NCBI GenBank assembly: GCA_044222185.1
Contig: JBGANV010000007.1
Location: forward strand, 192,001-256,000
Direction: 5' to 3'
DNA from: Planctomycetota bacterium
Lineage (GTDB): Bacteria; Planctomycetota; GCA-002687715; CAIWVZ01
Length of the DNA stretch: 64,000 bases
The position numbers and the translations under genes are program-made. The notes below the pieces were generated by a model. It was not told where the DNA came from, did not search any database, and worked only from the letters and a program-made list of their open reading frames with translations. Positions 9,667-19,290 of the stretch are shown piece after piece (position 1 is the stretch's first letter; the number at the start of each line of letters is the position of its first letter).

Positions 9667-12600
9667 CTACTCCTCGAGACCGAACTGCTGACGTTCGTCC
9701 GGGCGGAGCGCGCGGGGCAGTGCCTTCGTGGCCGCGGAGACCGCGTCCAACGGCCAGCTTCTCACGCGTCCGGAGGCATCGAGCACGAACGCCCGCGCGT
9801 CATCCGGTGCGATGGCGACGCGGATCGGACGCGCCGCCGAGTCGAGTCGGATGCTCCCGACCACCGCACCGGTCTCCGCCATCCACAGGCGAAGCGTCAT
9901 GTCCTCGCCGACGGTGACGAGGATTCGGCCGTCCGACGTGAAAGCGGCGGCTGTCGCCGTTCGGGCGTGCCCCAGGTAGGACCGCAGGGACTGGTATGGC
10001 GGGCGCGTGGAGAACAGCTCGGCTGCGCCGTCTCCGCAAAGCACCAGGATCGCCGCTCCGTCCGGCGTGAAGACCGCATCGACCGCTGGCGCCGCCGACC
10101 TGGGTACGAGCTCCGCGAGGAGGGCGCCCGTGTGTCCGTCGTGCAGGAGTGCGGAGCCCCGGTGTTGCGGGAGTGCGAGCGTGGCCGCGTGTCGCCCACG
10201 AGGGCCGACGGCGACGAAGAACCGCTGCGCCCTCGGATCGAGCAGCTGCACCACCTGTCCCGTGTCCAGGTGGAGGACCCGTTTTCCGTGAGGCGGCGCG
10301 TCGAAGCCCACTGCGGTCGCGTCGTCGGAGAACGTCAGGAACGGCACGTCCGGGTGTTCCACGTTCGCAGAGGCGAGCCGCGTCCCGGACCGGATGTCGT
10401 CGACCACCACGTGCTGCTCGCCGTCGAAGTACCCGACGAGGCCTTCCTTCGGGCCATGGACTGCGTTGCCGGATTCGAAGAGGGTGCCGAGCGGGTGGGT
10501 CGACCGCGCGTCGATCTCCCGCGCACGGCGTTTGAACCACGCTGGTGTGTCGACCGGCGAGTCCACGGGTCTGCCGTCGTGTACGGTGACGCGTGCGCCG
10601 CCCCTGGGGTCGAGGTCGGGGCACAGCCGATGAGCCGTGACGGGATCGGGGGGCGTCTGGTCCGGGCGACCGACGAGGCTCCATAGACGGACGGTGTGGT
10701 CCTTCGACGACGAGGTGGCGAGGACGTCGCCGCGTGCGCTGAAGGCGGCGCCGTCCACCAGGTCGACGTGACCAAGGAGCTCGGTGCGCGTCACCGCGGG
10801 CGGCGGCCCCGTGACGACCGGTCTCGAGCCGTTGAGACTCAACGTGAATCGTCCGTCTCGAGAGTGGGTGGCGACGCGATCCGCTTGGATGTCGACGCTC
10901 CCCGTGGGCGGCGGCACGACCTCCCAGGTCGAAGGGTCATAGACCGTGACGTTGTTCCCGTTTCGCCGAACGACGAGGCGGTCCGGTCCCTGAATCATCC
11001 CGATGGCACCGTCGAAGTCGGGACGCGATCCTTCGGGGACGAGGATCGTCGTCCGGGTGCCATCGACCGGGTTCCAGATCTCCACGCCTCCGCGCGCGAG
11101 GACCACGCCGACCTGCGTGTCGGACCCGGCGAAGAGCACTTGCCTCAGGGAGGACTCCCGGGTGATGACTGTCGTCTTGATCTGACGACCGTCGGCGGCG
11201 GACCACAGGCCGATGCCGTGTCCCGTCGACGTGAGGATCAGTCCGTCCTTCGGCCGAACGACGACGTCGGTCACGAGCTCGGCATGTTCGAGCCGCTTGA
11301 TGAGCGTGGCCGACTCCAGATCCCACAAGGCGGCATTCGCGGTTCGCCCCATGGCGAAGATGACGAGGCGCTTCGTTCGACCGTCGACTGCCAGCTTCGA
11401 TGGATCGACGACGCCCGTCTCGATGGTGCGCCGCACGATGCCGTCGAACCCGAGGACGCGGACGATTCCCCGCGGGTTGGCCACGGCGATCGTCTCGCCA
11501 TCGGCATCCCAGGCGGCGACCGCGACGTCTTCGAGCGTCGCGATCTCGTGCAGCGAATCGAGCGCGCGGTAGATCGCCTCGGTCGCGAACACGTCGTGGC
11601 CCATGCGTGCGCTCTCGAGCGCGAGGTGAAGCGCCCGCGCCGGGTCGTGAGCGACTTCCGAATCCGACTGGAGGCGGAACAGCAGCGCCTTCTGTTTTCG
11701 GAACGCCAGCTCCTGGCTGCGCAGCATGGCGAGCGTCGTCCCGAGGGCGATCACGAGCAGCACGAAGACGAGCGATGCAAGCGTGGCCGTGAGCGGGTTC
11801 CGGCGCGCCCACCGGGCGGCACGGACCGCGGGCGTGATGGGGCGTGCGAGGATCGGCTCGTGCACCCGCACGCGGCGGAGATCCTCGGCAAACGCAGCCG
11901 CCGACCGGTACCGCCGCTCGCGGTCCTTCTGCAGCGCCGTCTCGATGACCGTCCGCAGATCGTGTGAGATCACGGGGTTCAATCGACGCGGATCCGCCGG
12001 CTCTCGGGCACGGATTTCGTCGAAGAGGGCTTCATCGGTCTGGCCCTCGAACGGTCGATGCAGCGTCAGGGCCTCGTACAGCGTCACGCCGAGCGACCAG
12101 ACGTCGGTTCTGTGATCGACGGGGGGGCCGGATTTCGCCAGCTGCTCCGGCGACATGTAGTGGAAGGTCCCGAGCAGGCAACCCTCGGAGAGGCTGCTCG
12201 CCTCTGCCGAGAGACTGCGCGCGAGCCCGAAATCCACGATCACCGGCTGGCCCTGCGGCGTGACGATGATGTTGCCCGGCTTCACGTCGCGGTGGATGAC
12301 CGCGGCTTCGTGCGCGGCCTGGAGGGCGCGAGCGCATTGCTCGATCATCTCGAGAGTCTGGGCGATCTCGGTCCGGGTAGGGAGAGCCGACCGCGGCGGC
12401 TCGGGCACGGCCGACGGCGTCGCGCGGCGGGGTGTGCTCGGGTGAACGTCGACGAAGGTCGAGGCCAGGCCAGCCTCGCGTGCGTCACGAATGCGCGACG
12501 CGAGGGTCGTGCCCTCCACGTAGCGCATCGCGATGAACGGGCGACCGTCGTCGACGCCCACGTCGTAGACGGTACAGATGCCCGGATGATCGAGGCAGGA

Positions 12601-13002
12601 CGCCAGCTCTCCTTCGCGCTGGAACCGCTTGAACACGTCGTCGCTCTGCAGGCTCCGCCACCGGAGCACCTTCAACGCCACGAAGCGATGGAGAACGGTG
12701 TCGCGCGCAAGGTAGACCACCCCCTGCCCGCCGGAACCGAGTGCGCGGATGACCTCGTAGTGGCCAATGGTCTCCGGCTGTGGAGCCGCGACGTGCGCGC
12801 GCGGCGCGGAAGGGTCCACGTCGCAGGACGTGGGACTCAGTCGCTCGAACGCCGCGAACTCCTCGTGGATCTGCTGCTCGAGCTCCGGGAATCTGCGGAC
12901 GTAGTGCGATGCAGGGAACACGCGCCCGTGATCCCGGTCATCGAAAAACTCGGCCAGAAAGAGGTCCAGGCCGGTCGGCTGATAAGGGGTGGAATGCGAC
13001 AT
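9667..13002 (-). CDS. Ser/Thr protein kinase with a TM helix and WD40 repeats
   Basis: LGSGGQGVVY, VALK, HRDVKPGN, DFGLA, YMSPEQ and DVWSLG kinase motifs. ARWARRNP precedes the TM helix. GH...D..VRLW WD40 repeats. Confidence 0.93.
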   Translation of the reverse strand: MSHSTPYQPTGLDLFLAEFFDDRDHGRVFPASHYVRRFPELEQQIHEEFAAFERLSPTSCDVDPSAPRAHVAAPQPETIGHYEVIRALGSGGQGVVYLARDTVLHRFVALKVLRWRSLQSDDVFKRFQREGELASCLDHPGICTVYDVGVDDGRPFIAMRYVEGTTLASRIRDAREAGLASTFVDVHPSTPRRATPSAVPEPPRSALPTRTEIAQTLEMIEQCARALQAAHEAAVIHRDVKPGNIIVTPQGQPVIVDFGLARSLSAEASSLSEGCLLGTFHYMSPEQLAKSGPPVDHRTDVWSLGVTLYEALTLHRPFEGQTDEALFDEIRAREPADPRRLNPVISHDLRTVIETALQKDRERRYRSAAAFAEDLRRVRVHEPILARPITPAVRAARWARRNPLTATLASLVFVLLVIALGTTLAMLRSQELAFRKQKALLFRLQSDSEVAHDPARALHLALESARMGHDVFATEAIYRALDSLHEIATLEDVAVAAWDADGETIAVANPRGIVRVLGFDGIVRRTIETGVVDPSKLAVDGRTKRLVIFAMGRTANAALWDLESATLIKRLEHAELVTDVVVRPKDGLILTSTGHGIGLWSAADGRQIKTTVITRESSLRQVLFAGSDTQVGVVLARGGVEIWNPVDGTRTTILVPEGSRPDFDGAIGMIQGPDRLVVRRNGNNVTVYDPSTWEVVPPPTGSVDIQADRVATHSRDGRFTLSLNGSRPVVTGPPPAVTRTELLGHVDLVDGAAFSARGDVLATSSSKDHTVRLWSLVGRPDQTPPDPVTAHRLCPDLDPRGGARVTVHDGRPVDSPVDTPAWFKRRAREIDARSTHPLGTLFESGNAVHGPKEGLVGYFDGEQHVVVDDIRSGTRLASANVEHPDVPFLTFSDDATAVGFDAPPHGKRVLHLDTGQVVQLLDPRAQRFFVAVGPRGRHAATLALPQHRGSALLHDGHTGALLAELVPRSAAPAVDAVFTPDGAAILVLCGDGAAELFSTRPPYQSLRSYLGHARTATAAAFTSDGRILVTVGEDMTLRLWMAETGAVVGSIRLDSAARPIRVAIAPDDARAFVLDASGRVRSWPLDAVSAATKALPRALRPDERQQFGLEE

Positions 13003-13077
13003 GGGCCGACGGAGGTTGAAGCGTCGTCGGCGGCAGAAAAGTGACAGGGCGCCGAGGCCTGGCCCGGCGGCGGCAAA

Positions 13078-14244
13078 TCACGCGGGGGGCGAAGGTTCGG
13101 AAGGCGGGCCAGGTGGCCTGTCGTGGATCTCGTACCGAAGGAGCCTGCACTCGATCGGGCCGACCATCACCGGGAATCTGCGAGCCGCTTTCATGCCCAG
13201 ATGCCGGGTGACTTCCGAGTTGCCCGACAGCACGCAAGCGTTCGCGCCGGGGGCGTGACGCTTCAGGAATGCGCCGAGCGCGCGCCAGGAGATGATGAGG
13301 TCGTCTCCCTCGCCCAGGCGCTCGCCCCAAGGCGGGTTCGTGTAGACCCAGGCGGGCTTGGACGGGGGCACCCAGTCGTCCAGGTCGGCGTTCGTGAAGG
13401 TGACGATGTCGGCGACACCGGCGGCGACGGCGCCGCGCTGAGCGAGAGCGAGGGCGCCGGGGTGACGATCGGCACCGGCGATCATGAACGGCAACGTCGA
13501 TCGCGCGCGGGAGCGGGCGTCCGCCACGAGGCCAGCCCAGCCGACTGCGTCGAAATCGGGCCAGCGGTGGAACGCGAACGTGCGATCGATGCCCGGCGCC
13601 CGATCGGCGGCCATCATCGCCGCTTCGATGACGAACGTCCCCGAGCCGCACATGGGATCGATGAGCGGCGACTTCCGATCCCACCCGCCGACCATGAGGA
13701 GGCCCGCGGCCGTCGCCTCGTTGAGCGGGCTCTTGACCTGGATCGGGCGCCAGCCGCGCTTGTGCAAGCTGTCGCCGGAAAGATCCCGGTACACCGTGGC
13801 CACGTCGCGGTTCAGGACGAGCTTCAGGGGAACGTGCGGGTTCTCGGTGTCGACGCTCGGGCGTCGGCCTGCGACCTTGCGGAACCTGTCGACGACGGCG
13901 TCTTTCACCGTCAGCGCGGCGAAGCCCGAGTGCGTCACCTCGGAGTCGCGCACCGACGCGTCGACGGCGAGCGTCTGGTCGACGCTCATCATCTGCTCCC
14001 ACGGCAGCTCGGTGACGAGGGCATGCAGCGCCTCGCGGCCACGTGCCTTTCCGCGGACGAGCATCTCCTGCAACCGGACGGCAGTTCGGAGCCACAACGC
14101 GGCGCGATATCCGCCCAGGCGATCGGTCGTGAACGACACGCCGCCCCGTTTGGGCTCGATCTGCGTGGCGCCCAGTGCTTCGAGTTCGGACTGGAGGGCG
14201 GTTTCGAGGCCGAGGGAACAGGCTGCGAAGTACTCGGATGACAT
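13078..14244 (-). CDS. THUMP-domain class I SAM-dependent RNA methyltransferase (RlmL-like)
   Basis: SGDSLHKRGWR, PLNEATAAGLL, DPMCGSGT and TNPPWGER motifs. ATG at 14244. Confidence 0.9.
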   Translation of the reverse strand: MSSEYFAACSLGLETALQSELEALGATQIEPKRGGVSFTTDRLGGYRAALWLRTAVRLQEMLVRGKARGREALHALVTELPWEQMMSVDQTLAVDASVRDSEVTHSGFAALTVKDAVVDRFRKVAGRRPSVDTENPHVPLKLVLNRDVATVYRDLSGDSLHKRGWRPIQVKSPLNEATAAGLLMVGGWDRKSPLIDPMCGSGTFVIEAAMMAADRAPGIDRTFAFHRWPDFDAVGWAGLVADARSRARSTLPFMIAGADRHPGALALAQRGAVAAGVADIVTFTNADLDDWVPPSKPAWVYTNPPWGERLGEGDDLIISWRALGAFLKRHAPGANACVLSGNSEVTRHLGMKAARRFPVMVGPIECRLLRYEIHDRPPGPPSEPSPPA

Positions 14245-14403
14245 CGTGGATGCTGCGGCGGGTCGAGGCCCCGCGCGCGCCAAGACCATTCCGAGGTGCC
14301 CGGCTTCGCAGGGAGGCGCGGGATTCTGCCGATCAACACCGGGGGAGGGAAGCGCGGGCCGATTCCGGGGTTCCGGATTGCCGTTGCGCTTGCAGGCCGC
14401 TCG

Positions 14404-15597
14404 ATGCTGATTGCCACATGGATTTGCTGCGTTGCCGCCGTGGCCGTCGTCTGTGCCGAATGGGGCGCACGACTGTGGCTGCGTCATCGCGACGCCTGGT
14501 TCGTCTGGCGGCCCGGTTCCCGGATCCACATGAAGACCGACCCGACGGTCCTGCCCGACATGGAACGCCTGGTGCGGTTCGAGGTGAACTCGCAGGGGGA
14601 ACGGGGGAGCGAGCCGCCAGCGGATCCGGCGGGGACGTACCGCATCCTCGTAGCCGGTGGGAGCGCGGCCGAGTGCTACTTCCTCGATCAGCCGTCGACG
14701 TGGCCCGAGGTCATGCGGGCGGCGCTGGAACGCGCGCTGCCGCGGCGTGACGCATCCATCCGACACGTGCACGTGGGCAACATCGGCAAGTCGCTCGTCT
14801 CGACGGAGCACGTGGATGAGGTGCTTCGTCGGATCCGTCGTGATCGCCCCAAGCTCGACCTGCTGATCCTCATGACGGGCGCGAGCAACGTGGCGAACTG
14901 GCTGGGCAAGGGAGCGCCGACCGAGATCGCCGAGCTCAGCGCCGTTCCGCACGGTGTGTTCGAGGTGCGGCCCGACGGACCCTTCGGCTGGCGGCGTGAG
15001 ACCTGTGCTCTGGCGGAGGTGTGGCGGAGTTGGCGCGCCGCGCACCTGCGGCCGATCGCCGTCCGCGAGCGCGCCGGCGAGCGCCTGGGCCGTGCCCGCG
15101 CGATGCGCCGCCGCGCTCGTGACATCCGCACCGATGTGCCCTCGCCGGAGGTGATGGTCGCCCATTTCGAGCGTCGGTTTCGCGACCTCCTCCGCCAAAG
15201 CCGCGAGGTTGCCGAGCGCGTACTCGTCGTGCGCCAGCCGTGGTTCAAGAAGGATGCGTACTCGGCCGAGGAGATCGCCGCGTTCTGGCACGGCGCTGCC
15301 GGCAATCCCTACGTCGGCGACGTCACCACCTACTACTCCGTCGAGCGCGTCGAACAGCTCGTGTCGATGGTCGATGCCCGCGTCGAGGCCGTGAGTCGCG
15401 AGCAGGGCGTCGAGCAGGTGGATCTCATGCCGCACCTCTCCCACACCCTCGAGACCTTCTACGACTTCTGGCACTTCACCCCGCAGGGCGCCGCCGTCGT
15501 CGGTCAGGTCGTGGCAGATGCGGTGGTGTCGCGTGTGCCGAGCCCGGCTCCACCGCGCGAGCCACGCGATCGGCCGGTGGAAGTCGCGAGTCGATAG
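14404..15597 (+). CDS. SGNH/GDSL hydrolase family protein, membrane anchored
   Basis: N-terminal TM helix, then ILVAGGSA (block I), GNIG (II), TGASN (III) and DFWH (V). Confidence 0.75.
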   Translation: MLIATWICCVAAVAVVCAEWGARLWLRHRDAWFVWRPGSRIHMKTDPTVLPDMERLVRFEVNSQGERGSEPPADPAGTYRILVAGGSAAECYFLDQPSTWPEVMRAALERALPRRDASIRHVHVGNIGKSLVSTEHVDEVLRRIRRDRPKLDLLILMTGASNVANWLGKGAPTEIAELSAVPHGVFEVRPDGPFGWRRETCALAEVWRSWRAAHLRPIAVRERAGERLGRARAMRRRARDIRTDVPSPEVMVAHFERRFRDLLRQSREVAERVLVVRQPWFKKDAYSAEEIAAFWHGAAGNPYVGDVTTYYSVERVEQLVSMVDARVEAVSREQGVEQVDLMPHLSHTLETFYDFWHFTPQGAAVVGQVVADAVVSRVPSPAPPREPRDRPVEVASR

Positions 15598-15715
15598 GCA
15601 CTCGGAAGCATTGGCGGCCGGGCGACCGCTCCCCTGCCCGTGGTGAATCACGTCGTTCTTGCGTCACTCGATCTGATCGCGACCACGCATCCACTCGACT
15701 CTCGCACCCAGCACA

Positions 15716-16414
15716 TTGTCTCCGTACGACGAATTCGTCGGCGCGCAGGCGCAGAACAGATGCGGCTGGATCCTCGCAGTCGAGGGAAGTCCGAGGATCG
15801 CCCTCGAGATGCAGCCACCCTTCCACGAGCTCCACTTCATCGACCTGAACGAGGACAAGACCGAGGCGCTCGAGAAGCTCTGCGAGGGGAAGCCGGCGAG
15901 CGTGTATGCCGACGATGCGAATCACGTCCTGCCCAACGTGATCTTCCCCACGTGTCGTTTCGATCAGTTCGTTCGCGCTCTCTGCCTTCTTGATCCATGC
16001 GGACTACACGTCAACTGGAACGTGCTCATGGCGGCTGCTGCGACCAAGGTCGTCGAGGTCGTCTACCACCTCTCGATCGTGGACATCAGCCGGAACGTCC
16101 GTAGAGGATCATCGGATTCGATCGCTCCCGATGACGCCGCGCGAATGACCGCCGCGTGGGGGGATGAGTCTTGGAAGACAGGAGTCTTCGAGACCACACC
16201 GGGCCTCTTCGGCGAAGTGGAGGAACGGCGTGAGTACAACGAGGTCGCGAAGGCGTTCAAGAAACGACTCGAGAGCGTTGCGGGGTTCCCGCACGTCGTC
16301 GAACCGCTTCTGCTGAGGAATCGCCAAAACGCACCCCTCTATTGGCTCTTCTTCGCGGGCCCGAACGAAACCGGCGCGAAGATCGTGCGGGACATCTTCA
16401 ACACATACAGATGA
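15716..16414 (+). pseudogene. tcmP: Three-Cys-motif partner protein TcmP (methyltransferase-like); N-terminal motif I missing, possibly a pseudogene
   Basis: GSPRIAL..PPF..HFIDL, CLLDPCG, WGDESW, LRN..NAPLYWLFFA and KIVRDIF match TcmP. The usual N-terminal IDAFAG segment is absent. It lies directly upstream of DUF5131. Confidence 0.7.
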
Positions 16415-16435
16415 AGTAGACTCGGCAGGACGAAC

Positions 16436-17224
16436 ATGTCGCAGCAATCATCGATCGAGTGGACGGACGCCACGTGGAATCCCGTTCGTGGATGCACGAA
16501 GATCAGCCCCGGCTGTGCGCACTGCTACGCCGAGACGTTCGCCGAGCGATTTCGCGGCGTGCCTGGGCACCCCTACGAGCAGGGTTTCGACCTCCGGCTC
16601 GTGCCCGAGCTGCTTTCGTACCCTCTTCGGTGGCCACGTTCATCGATGATCTTCGTCAACTCGATGAGTGACCTCTTCCATGAAGTGGTCCCCACGCCGT
16701 ACATCCGGGAGGTCGCAACCGTGATGCAGCGTGCCGACTGGCATGTCTATCAGGTCTTGACGAAACGCTCCGAGCGAATGCTCGAACTCCTGAACGGCGA
16801 GCTCGCGTTTGCGGCGGCGCTTCCGCACATCTGGTGGGGAGTCAGCGTCGAGGATCGCAAGCACGGCATCCCGAGGATCGAGCACTTGCTGCGGTCACCT
16901 GCACAGGTGAAGTTCCTGTCTATCGAGCCACTGATCGAGGACCTCGGGTCGATCGCACTTCGAGGGATCGACTGGGTCATCGCTGGAGGCGAGAGCGGGC
17001 CCCGAGCGAGGCCGATGCATGTCGAGTGGGTGCGGGGGATCCGGGACCAATGCCGGGAAGCGGGCGTGCCCTTCTTCTTCAAGCAATGGGGTGGTGTCCG
17101 AAAGGTCCGGGCCGGGCGGGTCCTTGATGGGCGCACTCACGATGAATTCCCGCCGATCGTGCGCCGGCCGGCGCCGCAGTCCGGTGGGCGACGGGGACTC
17201 CTCGCGGATCTCTCGATCGGCTGA
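16436..17224 (+). CDS. DUF5131 / phage Gp37-Gp68 family three-Cys (radical-SAM-like) protein
   Basis: IEWTDATWNPVRGCTKISPGCAHCYA, FVNSMSDLFH, QVLTKR, FLSIEPL, WVIAGGESG and PFFFKQWGG motifs. Confidence 0.95.
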   Translation: MSQQSSIEWTDATWNPVRGCTKISPGCAHCYAETFAERFRGVPGHPYEQGFDLRLVPELLSYPLRWPRSSMIFVNSMSDLFHEVVPTPYIREVATVMQRADWHVYQVLTKRSERMLELLNGELAFAAALPHIWWGVSVEDRKHGIPRIEHLLRSPAQVKFLSIEPLIEDLGSIALRGIDWVIAGGESGPRARPMHVEWVRGIRDQCREAGVPFFFKQWGGVRKVRAGRVLDGRTHDEFPPIVRRPAPQSGGRRGLLADLSIG

Positions 17225-17342
17225 GTCACCCGTGGTCGTCCAGCCGCGGACGATCCTGCCGAGTGGCGGACGTGTCGAGCGCGGGAACCCGGCCAGGTTT
17301 CGTGCGCGGCGTCCGGGCACGCGACGTTCACCTTCGCGTCGA

Positions 17343-17377
17343 CGTGCAACTTTCACGTTGCGCGTGAAAGTTGCACG
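17343..17377. repeat. Perfect 15 bp inverted repeat
   Basis: CGTGCAACTTTCACG-ttgcg-CGTGAAAGTTGCACG. Confidence 0.9.
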
Positions 17378-17626
17378 AGATGGCGCAGGTTGAATGCCGG
17401 CGAGCTCTTATGCAGTCGCGCGCGGCATGCCGGCTGCGCTAAGTCGTGTTTCGGGGGTTCAGGCCAGATCCCGAGGCTTGCCGTTTCGTCGGGCGGGGGC
17501 GGCTCGCCAGATGCCCGACGGCCGCCCAGTTCCGCTTCGCGCCGCCGCCCGAATCACGACCCCACGTACTGCCGTGCCATCTGGCGCACGTCCTGATGCG
17601 AGTCGCTCCTGGCGATCACTCGACGC

Positions 17627-17746
17627 GGCGCGCGCCTGGGGAAGACGGCCAACGCCGTGAACCTCATCCTGTTCAAGGCGCGGCAGGCCCTGCGGGCCCA
17701 ACTCGGCGAGTCGTTCCTGGACGACCTTGCCGACGTGTCGCCGTGA
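17627..17746 (+). pseudogene. 3' remnant of an ECF sigma factor (region 4 HTH)
   Basis: Frame reads GARLGKTANAVNLILFKARQALRAQLGESFLDDLADVSP*. There is an in-frame stop shortly upstream and no 5' half. Confidence 0.6.
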
Positions 17747-17788
17747 CCAATCCTGCGGGCGCCGCGAGCTGACGCGGATCCCGCCCCC

Positions 17789-18391
17789 TCACCCTCCCGC
17801 CGCCTCGAAGCGGTCGAGGACGCGTTCTTCGAGGCTGAAGGGGACGCGCACGCGGGAGGCGCGGTTGTCGAGCATGTCGCGGAGGGCGTCCTTCGGGAGG
17901 TGGCTCGGAACCGCCGCCAGTGCGCGGTCGGCGGCGGCGAGCGCGTGATCGACGGGGACCTCGAGGGCGTGGGCGAGGTCGGAGGGTTCGAGATCCATGG
18001 CGAGGCCGAGGATGATCGCGATGCGATCACTCGCGGGCAGTTTGCCCAGGTCGAATCGACGCGGGTCGTTCGGCGGGCAGTTGGCGAAGGCCATGTCGTC
18101 AGGCTCGAGACCCGAGGCGAACGGCTCGGACTTCGCGGCACGGGCGGCGCGGACGACGGCGCGACCGGTGAAGCGGAGCGTGTCTCCGCCGCGGAACGCC
18201 CCGCTCTTCACGGCTTGGAGCAGCTCGAAGAGCGACTCTTCCGTGACACGCGCGGCCGCATCCGCATCGCCGAGGATGAGCCAGGCTGCATCGAACGTCG
18301 GCGCGATCGTCGCGGAGACGATCTCTTCGTAGGCCTCCCAGTCGCCCGAGCGCGCGCGCTCGAAGGGCGAGGGACGTGGGTAGTCGGACAT
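17789..18391 (-). CDS. Degenerate ECF sigma-70-like protein
   Basis: RARSGDWEAYEEIV...ILGDADAAARVTEES resembles region 2. LGKLPASDRIAIIL...LAHALEVP resembles region 4. The ATG overlaps the transaldolase stop (TGATG). Confidence 0.65.
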   Translation of the reverse strand: MSDYPRPSPFERARSGDWEAYEEIVSATIAPTFDAAWLILGDADAAARVTEESLFELLQAVKSGAFRGGDTLRFTGRAVVRAARAAKSEPFASGLEPDDMAFANCPPNDPRRFDLGKLPASDRIAIILGLAMDLEPSDLAHALEVPVDHALAAADRALAAVPSHLPKDALRDMLDNRASRVRVPFSLEERVLDRFEAAGG

Positions 18392-19221
18392 CAACGCGCT
18401 TTCTTGAACAGGTCGGCGTACTCGGGAACCACGTCGGCGACGAAGGCCTTCATGCCTTCGACCGTCTTGTGATGTTCGAGCATGAGTTGGAGGACCTCGA
18501 ACGGGATCGTGGAGACGTCGGCGCCGGCGATGGCGCACTCGCGTGCCTGCCGCGGGTTGCGGATGCTGGCCGCGAGGACTTCGCACTCGAAGTGATGGTT
18601 GGCGAAGAGTGCCACGATCTCCTCGATGAGCTGCACGCCGGAGACGATGCCGTTGTCGTCGACGACCCGCCCGTCCTTCTCGAGCCCGGTGACGGGGAAG
18701 TAGTCGAGCTTGCCCGCGGTGACGCCCGCGCGCTTGCGCATGTCGTCATCGATTCGGCCGGCAAAGGGGGAGACGTAGGCGGCCCCGGCCTTCGCCGCGA
18801 GCATCGCCTGCTCGGGCGTGAAGATGAGCGTCGTGTTGATCGGGATCCCGCCGGACGCGAGGGCGCGAATCGTCTTCAATCCGTCGTAGCGGCGGGCCGA
18901 GTTGGCCTCGACACCCGGATTGACGGGCACCTTCACGACGACGTTGTGGGCCACGGGATTGAACCGCTGATACAGCCAGTGCCCCTGGGCGGTCATCTCC
19001 TCTTCGGTCGTGCCGATGACTTCCAGGCTGACGGGCGAATCGCCCGCCGTCTCGAGCATCTTCGAGATGTAGTCCTCGAGCGAAACGCGCTCGCCCTTCG
19101 ACTTGACCTTCTCCACCGCCTTCTTGATGAGTGACGGGTTGGTCGTGATGCCGTCGACGATGCCCCACGTGTAGGCTTCGCGAATCTGGTCGATGTCCGC
19201 CGAGTCGATGAAGATCTTCAT
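18391..19221 (-). CDS. tal: Transaldolase / fructose-6-phosphate aldolase family protein
   Basis: MKIFIDSA, GITTNPSLI, VVKVP (Schiff-base Lys), YVSPFAGRIDD and LAASIR motifs. Confidence 0.92.
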   Translation of the reverse strand: MKIFIDSADIDQIREAYTWGIVDGITTNPSLIKKAVEKVKSKGERVSLEDYISKMLETAGDSPVSLEVIGTTEEEMTAQGHWLYQRFNPVAHNVVVKVPVNPGVEANSARRYDGLKTIRALASGGIPINTTLIFTPEQAMLAAKAGAAYVSPFAGRIDDDMRKRAGVTAGKLDYFPVTGLEKDGRVVDDNGIVSGVQLIEEIVALFANHHFECEVLAASIRNPRQARECAIAGADVSTIPFEVLQLMLEHHKTVEGMKAFVADVVPEYADLFKKAR

Positions 19222-19290
19222 GGCTACCCCACTCGGCCGAGGCGGCTCGCGCGCGATCGCGCGCCAAAGCGGCCGGCCGAGGCGCGGACC

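Noticed and set aside
13078-15651. 857 aa ORF suggesting a long N-terminal fusion on the THUMP methyltransferase
   Set aside because: The extension is the antisense shadow of the SGNH gene. Family similarity begins at MSSEYFA (14244).
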